This document shows positions 54,298 through 61,070 of a stretch of 64,000 bases of DNA, in pieces. Every line of letters begins with the position of its first letter. The stretch's first letter is position 1. This stretch comes from an uncultured Gammaproteobacteria bacterium (GTDB lineage: Bacteria; Cyanobacteriota; Vampirovibrionia; LMEP-6097). The position numbers and the translations under genes were made by a program. A model generated the notes under the pieces. That model ran no database searches, had not been told where the DNA came from, and saw only the letters and a list, made by a program, of their open reading frames with translations. Location: assembly GCA_964438425.1 (NCBI GenBank), contig CAYTKM010000001.1, positions 752,401 through 816,400 on the forward strand. Reading direction: 5' to 3'.

Positions 54298-56400
54298 CTA
54301 ACTAGCGCTGGTCGCTGGTTGTGATTCTACTTTACGAAAAACTGAGCGGCTAAGAATCACCGCAACATCTTCTATGTCAGGAGCTTTAGCAATGCCAGTT
54401 GTGTTAGCTGAACTTAACATTATATTACAGTATGGACAAGCTACCGCGACTTTATCAGGGCTATGCTCAGCTAGCTGCTCTAGTCTGTAAGCGTTAATCT
54501 CGCTACCAGGCATTTCATACCAGATCTGCGCGCCGCCGCCGCCACAGCAGGTGCTTTGGGTTTTTTCTTTAGCAATGGCTTTTAATTCGACTCCAGGAAT
54601 ATTTTCTAAAATATAACGTGGTGGATCCATCACGCGGTTGTATCTGGCTAAATAACAAGGATCATGGTAAGTAATAGTTTCATTAAGTTCGATGCTTGGT
54701 CTAAGTTTGTTGTTGGCGATTAGGTCAGCTAGAATTTCACTATGATGATAGACTTCTACATTTTCTAAACCGAAGTTTGGATATTCGTTTTTAAAAGTAT
54801 TATAAACATGCGGGCATTGCGTGATAATTTTTTTCACTCCGTAAGCTTTCATAATCTCGATATTTTCTATCACGATCTCTTGATACATCGCTTCATCGCC
54901 CGCGCGGCGCGCTACATCACCTGAGCTTTGTTCCTCTTTACCTAAAACTGCGAACTTTAAACCAGCTTCACTAAATAGCCTAGCGTTAGCGATAGTCACT
55001 TGCATATTTTTACTGTCGTAAGCACCTGGGCTACCTACCCAGTATAGGTATTCAAAGTTTTCAGAGTTTTTAGCTAGTACCTGGATGTCTAGATTATGAT
55101 CTTCTGTTACAGTTTTAATCCAGTTTAGTCTATCAGCAGCTGGCAAACCCCAAGGATTAGATTTAGTACGTACATTTTTTAAAGTGCTTTGCAGGTTGGC
55201 TGGAGCTTTATTACTAGCTAGTAAACCACGGCGCATATCAACTATGCTATCAACATGTTCGATTAGTACCGGGCAAGCTTCCACGCAGGCATAGCAGGTA
55301 GTACATGACCATAAAACATCTTCAGAAATGTGACTGTAAATGTCGCTTTTATTTTCAGTATCTGTGTAAGATAGCTGCTTAATATCTAGCATTAGGTGTT
55401 TAGGAGAAAGTGGTTTATCAGTGTTAACAGCCGGGCATTCCACGTGGCAGCGCCCGCAAGCAGTGCAAGCTTCACTATCCATTAGGGTTTTCCAGCTCAA
55501 ATCTTCATAGTTAAAAACACCAGCATTAAACTGCTCTTCATCGATCTCGATGCCCTTTTCTTCAGCTTCGAGCATATCCATTAATTTAAAAGGCGTATTT
55601 AGTTCACCGCGCGCGCGTCTAGATTTAAAAAAGATACTAAGCGGAGCAGTCATAATATGAATAAATTTAGTACGTGGTAATAGTGCGATAAAAGTAAAGG
55701 TAAGTACAGCATGTAGCCACCATAGACTTTGATGCGCGCTAGCTTGGTCAGCTGGAGTCATAAAACGAAATAGACTAGCTAGAGAATTACCTATAAAAGC
55801 ATAAGGCTCACTGGCATTAGTGCCAGCTATTCTTAAAGCCTCAGTTAAAAAACCAGTAATAACGAAAGCAAGTAGATAAGCAGGTTGAATCCAGTCATGT
55901 TGTCTACGATCAAGTTCACGTGGGTTAATGATGTATCTTCTCACGGTAAAAGCGATCACCCCTAAGAGTAAAAATAGCCCACCAATTTCAGCAGCTACGC
56001 TAATTAATTTGTAAAAACTACCCTGGAAAAAGTATGGACCTATATCCTGGGTGTAATCTTGCACGGCAACTATATTAGTTACTATCCACAAGGTCATGAA
56101 ACCTAAAAATACACCGATATGCGCTAAGCCTGGAACTTTACGTTTAGCTGTTTTTTTCTGCAAGAAAGCATACTGGAAAACATATTTAAGGCGACCTAAT
56201 AGATTATTAGTACGCGGCTCATATGGCATAGATTTGCCGTTAGTGATAGTTTTTAATCTTTTATATAAACCTGTAAGGAAAAACCCTACGCTAACTACAG
56301 CTAAAGCATAAAAAACGAAATGATGCCAGAAACCATGAAGGTTCCACCAAAGCTCACGCGTATCAAGGTTTACATTTGGTAATATTAAGTTGTATTCCAT
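54298..56400 (-). CDS. Membrane-anchored Fe-S oxidoreductase: N-terminal NarI/HdrE-like di-heme b domain fused to HdrD/GlpC-like 2x[4Fe-4S] + two CCG domains
   Basis: Five to six N-terminal TM helices with conserved His (HGFWHHF, HIGVF, HQSLWWLH); ferredoxin motifs CTACGRCHVECP and CTTCYACVEACP; CCG motifs ...ITQCPHVY... and TCCGGGGAQIW; 700 aa. Confidence 0.75.
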   Translation of the reverse strand: MEYNLILPNVNLDTRELWWNLHGFWHHFVFYALAVVSVGFFLTGLYKRLKTITNGKSMPYEPRTNNLLGRLKYVFQYAFLQKKTAKRKVPGLAHIGVFLGFMTLWIVTNIVAVQDYTQDIGPYFFQGSFYKLISVAAEIGGLFLLLGVIAFTVRRYIINPRELDRRQHDWIQPAYLLAFVITGFLTEALRIAGTNASEPYAFIGNSLASLFRFMTPADQASAHQSLWWLHAVLTFTFIALLPRTKFIHIMTAPLSIFFKSRRARGELNTPFKLMDMLEAEEKGIEIDEEQFNAGVFNYEDLSWKTLMDSEACTACGRCHVECPAVNTDKPLSPKHLMLDIKQLSYTDTENKSDIYSHISEDVLWSCTTCYACVEACPVLIEHVDSIVDMRRGLLASNKAPANLQSTLKNVRTKSNPWGLPAADRLNWIKTVTEDHNLDIQVLAKNSENFEYLYWVGSPGAYDSKNMQVTIANARLFSEAGLKFAVLGKEEQSSGDVARRAGDEAMYQEIVIENIEIMKAYGVKKIITQCPHVYNTFKNEYPNFGLENVEVYHHSEILADLIANNKLRPSIELNETITYHDPCYLARYNRVMDPPRYILENIPGVELKAIAKEKTQSTCCGGGGAQIWYEMPGSEINAYRLEQLAEHSPDKVAVACPYCNIMLSSANTTGIAKAPDIEDVAVILSRSVFRKVESQPATSAS

Positions 56401-56432
56401 TTATAGTAATAATATAGCCTAAATTTAAACAA

Positions 56433-59400
56433 ATGTCCGTTAACACTACCTTAAACACTCCTGAAATTTTTCATAAGCCATTATTCATAAAGCAACTAGC
56501 TAAAAAAGTGATCATTTATGACGGTGCTATGGGCACTAACCTCTTTAGTTATGATCTAAGTATAGAAGATTATGGTGGCGCCGAATATGAAGGCTGCCCT
56601 GAAAACCTAAACTATACTAAACCTGAGATAATTCAGGAAATTCATCGAAATTTTTATCAAGCTGGCGCTGATATTGTCGAAACTAATACCTTTGGTGCTT
56701 CGATTATTACGCTAGCTGAGTATAACCTTCAAGACAAGTGTAGAGAAATTAATATGCTCGCCGCTGCGCTGGCTCGCGAAGTTGCAGCTGAGTTCACCGC
56801 AGCCGAGCCCGCTAAGCCACGTATGGTCGCGGGCTCGATCGGTCCTGGAACTAAGCTGCCATCTTTAAATCATGTCGGCTTTGATGAACTTAAAGAATCA
56901 TATAAAGTGCAGATTAGAGCTTTAGTGGATGCGCTGGTTGATGTGATTTTAATTGAAACCTGTCAGGATCCTTTGCAGATTAAAGCCTGCATGATCGCTT
57001 GTTTTGAAGCTTTTCAGGATATTGAAGCTGAAAATAGTGAGCTTACTAATGAGCAGTTAGCTGAAAAATACCCGAATGCTGTCATCTATGAAAATGATAC
57101 CAGTGGGCGCGCAGGTCTTTATCAAAGATTTCGAGTGCCACTACAAGTGCAGGTGACAGTCGAGCAAATGGGAACTTTGCTAGTAGGCTCAGAACTTTCA
57201 AGCGCACTTACGACTGTTTCAGCTTACCCGATAGATATTTTCGGTATGAACTGTGCGACTGGTCCTAAAGAAATGCAGGAGCATTTGCAGTATCTGTCAC
57301 TAAACTCTCCATTCCAGATTAGTTGTTTGCCGAATGCTGGTATTCCAGAGAATGTATGTGGTCACGCGCATTTCCCGCTTAAGGCAGGTGAATTTACAGA
57401 ATACATGACTAAATTCATAGATAAGTATCAGCTAAGGGTAGTCGGTGGTTGTTGTGGTACTAGCTACGACCATATAAAGATGCTAAATGATGCTTATGAG
57501 GCTAGTGCTACTGCTAGTAAAGATCAAGCTAGGCTAGATTCGCTTTCGGAAACTAGCACTCTAAACCAGGACTTAGATAAAAACGATGTTTCTGATGAAG
57601 TCCAGAATGAAAGCAGCCATAGTAACTTTGCATGTGAAAGTACGAAAAATAATCTAACCAGTCCACAAAGCACTGAAAATAAACCTATATATAAAGACTC
57701 TGAAACTTTAATGGAAGCTTCAGCCCAGCCGATGGGGCGTAGACTTGAAAGTAACATTTTTAACTATGTTTCAAGTGTTTACGGTAATTTAGATATGGAC
57801 TTGGAGACTAAGCCGATTATAGTCGGTGAAAGAACTAATGCTAATGGCTCTAAAAAATTCCGTGATTTGCTGGCGGCTGAAAACTACGAAGAGATTATAG
57901 ATCTGGCTAAAGAGCAGTTAGCTGAAGGCGCGCAAATTTTAGATCTTTGTGCTGCGTTTGTCGGACGCGATGAGTCGCGTGATATGCAGGAGATTTTAAA
58001 AAGAGCTAACACTGCAGTTAATATTCCGATTATGATCGATAGCACAGAATCCAATGTGATTGAGGATTCCTTAAAGCTCATTTCAGGTAAATCGATTATT
58101 AATTCGGTAAACCTGGAAGATGGCGAAGAGCGCGTAGCTGAGATCGCTAAGCTTTGTAATAAATATGGCGCAGCGCTAGTAGTTTTAACTATTGATGAAA
58201 AGGGCATGGCTAAATCGATCGAAGATAAAGTTAGTATTGCTAAGCGTTTGTATGATCTGTTAGTTAACAAGCATGGTATGCGACCGTATGACCTGATTTA
58301 TGACACGCTAACTTTTACTTTGGGTTCAGGAGATGAGGAGTTTCGTCCAGCTGGCATTAATACCATCGAAGCGATTCGCGAGTTAAAGCGCGCCTTGCCT
58401 CACGTTAAAACTATTTTAGGGGTCAGTAACATTTCCTTTGGTTTAGATGCTAAATTGCGCCCAGCACTTAATTCTGTATTTTTATTTGAGGCGGTGAAAG
58501 CTGGCTTGGATATGGCGATTGTTAATAATAAAAAGATTATTCCTTTACATAAGATAGATGACGAGCTTAAGAAATACTGTTTAGACTTAGTCTATGACAA
58601 GCGTGAATTTAATGATCAAGAGGAAACTACTTACGATCCGCTAACTAAACTTATCGGTCTTGCTGAAAATGTAACTGCGTTTGATAACTCCCAGAAAAAT
58701 CCTTATGAAAAACTAACGACTGAAAAAACATTGGAACAAAGAATCATCGATGGTAATAAAACTAATATTGATGTTGACTTGCAGTTAGCTTTAGATAAAG
58801 GTTATAAACCACTTGAAATCATTAACGGCTTTTTAATGGATGGTATGAAAATTGTCGGTGAGCGTTTTGGAGCTGGTGAAATGCAGTTACCGTTTGTCTT
58901 ACAGTCCGCTACCACCATGAAAGCTGCGGTTGCGTACTTAGAGCCGTTTATGGAAAAGCTGGATGCTTCTAGTCATAAAGGCTCAATGGTACTTGCGACT
59001 GTTAAAGGTGACGTGCATGATATTGGTAAAAATCTGGTAGATATCATTTTAAGTAACAATGGCTATAAAGTGCATAATTTAGGTATCAAACAGCCTGTTG
59101 AAGAGATTTTGAAAGCTGTTGAAGCTCACAAACCTGACTTAGTAGCGCTTTCTGGTCTGCTGGTTAAATCCACTTTAATCATGAAGCAGAATCTGGAGGT
59201 TTTTAATGACAGGAATATAGACGTGCCAGTTATTTTAGGTGGCGCGGCGCTAACTAGAAAGTTTGTTGAGCAGGATTGTGCGGGGCTTTATAATGGTGAA
59301 GTTTATTATGGTGTAGATGCCTTTACTGATCTTGATATCATGGAAGATTTATGCGTGCATAAGATCTCAGCAGCCGAGGTGCGCGAAAAATATCATAAAG

Positions 59401-60335
59401 TGAAAAGTGCTGATAATGACGATCAGGCTTATGAAGTTGTCAGTGAGCAAGAGGAAGAAGAAAATCTACGCAAAGCTATAGAGTTTACTAGTAAACTCTC
59501 TGAAACTAAGATTCTAACCCCAGCTGAAGTGCCTGTGGCGCCGTTTTATGGTTTTAAACATTTAGGCAGTCAGGACATACCTTTAGGTGAAATCTGGCAT
59601 TACTTAAATTTAGATGCCATGATCATCGGACAGTGGCGTATGGGTAAAGGTAAGATGAGCGTTGAGGAGTACGCTGAGCACCGCCGACATGTAATTATGC
59701 CTATTTTAGAGCGTTTGAAACGTGAAACACTTGCTAGTAATTGGTTGCAGGCTCAAGCTGCTTATGGTTATTTCTATGCTAAAGTTGATCCTGAAAATCC
59801 TAATAAACTAAATATATATGATGAGCAGCGTGAAAATATCATCGAAACTTTTGTCTTTCCGCGTCAGTCAGAGAAAAAGAATTTATGCCTGACTGATTAT
59901 TTCAGATTAAGTGATCCTGAAGCCTTTAATTTAGTCGGTTTTCAAATCGCGACCATCGGCGAGTCGGCAGCGAACTTCGTGCAAAAACTCTACACCAGTG
60001 ATGAGTATAGTGAATATTTATATTATTATGGTTTCGCCACTGAATGCACTGAAGCTACAGCTGAGTGGGTGCACGCTAGAGCGCGCCGTGAATTAGGTTT
60101 CGGGGCTGAAGATGTGGCTGAGGTACCTAAGTTACTGCGTGGTGGCTATCATGGTATGCGCTTTAGTTTTGGTTATCCAGCTTGCCCGCGCCTAGAGGAC
60201 CAGGAACAGCTCTTTAGATTATTAAAGGCTGATGATTTAGGTCTTAAGCTGAGTGAAGAGTGGCAGATTCACCCTGAACATAGTACAAGTGCGATCGTGA
60301 TTCATCATCCTGAGGCTAAGTATTTTAATATTTAA
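56433..60335 (+). CDS. metH: Cobalamin-dependent methionine synthase MetH with ~75-aa low-complexity linker insertion (1300 aa)
   Basis: Hcy-binding domain (GGCCGT region VVGGCCGTSYDHI), pterin-binding domain, B12-binding DVHDIGKN (DxHxxG), C-terminal AdoMet activation domain; low-complexity insertion SKDQARLDSLSETSTLNQDLDKNDVSDEVQNESS... between Hcy and pterin domains. Confidence 0.95.
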   Translation: MSVNTTLNTPEIFHKPLFIKQLAKKVIIYDGAMGTNLFSYDLSIEDYGGAEYEGCPENLNYTKPEIIQEIHRNFYQAGADIVETNTFGASIITLAEYNLQDKCREINMLAAALAREVAAEFTAAEPAKPRMVAGSIGPGTKLPSLNHVGFDELKESYKVQIRALVDALVDVILIETCQDPLQIKACMIACFEAFQDIEAENSELTNEQLAEKYPNAVIYENDTSGRAGLYQRFRVPLQVQVTVEQMGTLLVGSELSSALTTVSAYPIDIFGMNCATGPKEMQEHLQYLSLNSPFQISCLPNAGIPENVCGHAHFPLKAGEFTEYMTKFIDKYQLRVVGGCCGTSYDHIKMLNDAYEASATASKDQARLDSLSETSTLNQDLDKNDVSDEVQNESSHSNFACESTKNNLTSPQSTENKPIYKDSETLMEASAQPMGRRLESNIFNYVSSVYGNLDMDLETKPIIVGERTNANGSKKFRDLLAAENYEEIIDLAKEQLAEGAQILDLCAAFVGRDESRDMQEILKRANTAVNIPIMIDSTESNVIEDSLKLISGKSIINSVNLEDGEERVAEIAKLCNKYGAALVVLTIDEKGMAKSIEDKVSIAKRLYDLLVNKHGMRPYDLIYDTLTFTLGSGDEEFRPAGINTIEAIRELKRALPHVKTILGVSNISFGLDAKLRPALNSVFLFEAVKAGLDMAIVNNKKIIPLHKIDDELKKYCLDLVYDKREFNDQEETTYDPLTKLIGLAENVTAFDNSQKNPYEKLTTEKTLEQRIIDGNKTNIDVDLQLALDKGYKPLEIINGFLMDGMKIVGERFGAGEMQLPFVLQSATTMKAAVAYLEPFMEKLDASSHKGSMVLATVKGDVHDIGKNLVDIILSNNGYKVHNLGIKQPVEEILKAVEAHKPDLVALSGLLVKSTLIMKQNLEVFNDRNIDVPVILGGAALTRKFVEQDCAGLYNGEVYYGVDAFTDLDIMEDLCVHKISAAEVREKYHKVKSADNDDQAYEVVSEQEEEENLRKAIEFTSKLSETKILTPAEVPVAPFYGFKHLGSQDIPLGEIWHYLNLDAMIIGQWRMGKGKMSVEEYAEHRRHVIMPILERLKRETLASNWLQAQAAYGYFYAKVDPENPNKLNIYDEQRENIIETFVFPRQSEKKNLCLTDYFRLSDPEAFNLVGFQIATIGESAANFVQKLYTSDEYSEYLYYYGFATECTEATAEWVHARARRELGFGAEDVAEVPKLLRGGYHGMRFSFGYPACPRLEDQEQLFRLLKADDLGLKLSEEWQIHPEHSTSAIVIHHPEAKYFNI

Positions 60336-60657
60336 CTAGTTTTTGTTTTAATAATTTGAAGTGTTTATTTGATATTTGAAACTGATAGTCCGCAAATAGG
60401 CACTAACTAGTCGAGCTTCTTGGCGCATACGCTTAATGATTTCCAAGATATTTTTCACTTGAAAAAATTAGTTCTCTCTAGATGTTTTTGCACTTTTGTA
60501 CTTAAATTTTCATGGAAATACCAAAATTTCTTTCTTTTTTTAGAGATTTAGCTTAAATATAAGTAAAAATGGCACTTAATTAAACATAATATGCTCCAAT
60601 GGAGTAAATGTGCTGCGCCATGACATATAAATTTTAAAAACTATAGCTGTAAATTAA

Positions 60658-60909
60658 GAAACTAGTGCTCCCAATTTGAAAACTAGTGCTTCCAATTTGG
60701 AAACTAGTGCTGTAACTTCGAAAACTAGTGCTCCCACTTAAGAAACTAGCGCTCCCACTTTAGAAACTAGTGCTCCCACTTAAGAAACTAGTGCTCCCAC
60801 TTTAGAAACTAGTGCTCCCACTTTGGAAACTAGTGCTCTCAATTTGGAAACTAGTGCTCTCAATTTGGAAACCAGTGCTGTAAATTAAGAAACTAGCGCT
60901 GCAACTTCA
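60658..60909. repeat. Tandem array: 12 exact-period copies of a 21-bp unit GAAACTAGTGCT-CCCACTTTA (conserved 5' 12-mer, variable 3' 9-mer), non-coding
   Basis: Units read directly at 60658, 60679, 60700 ... 60889 (every 21 nt); degenerate extra copy at ~60641; stops in all six frames. Confidence 0.9.
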
Positions 60910-61070
60910 AATAAGAATTCTTAGCTAAAGCTATTAATTTGCATTTGAAGCTAATTTGAAGTTTCAATTATTCTTGAGATTAACATTTAACAATTACTAG
61001 TGTTTGTCGAGACACCAGAATATAATCTCTAGATTAAGGAATGTGACATTAAGATGTCAGGATGAAAAAA

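Noticed and set aside
60658-60909. Possible CRISPR array
   Set aside because: Repeats are directly contiguous 21-bp units with no unique spacers and no cas genes nearby. It is a tandem minisatellite/iteron-like array, not CRISPR.
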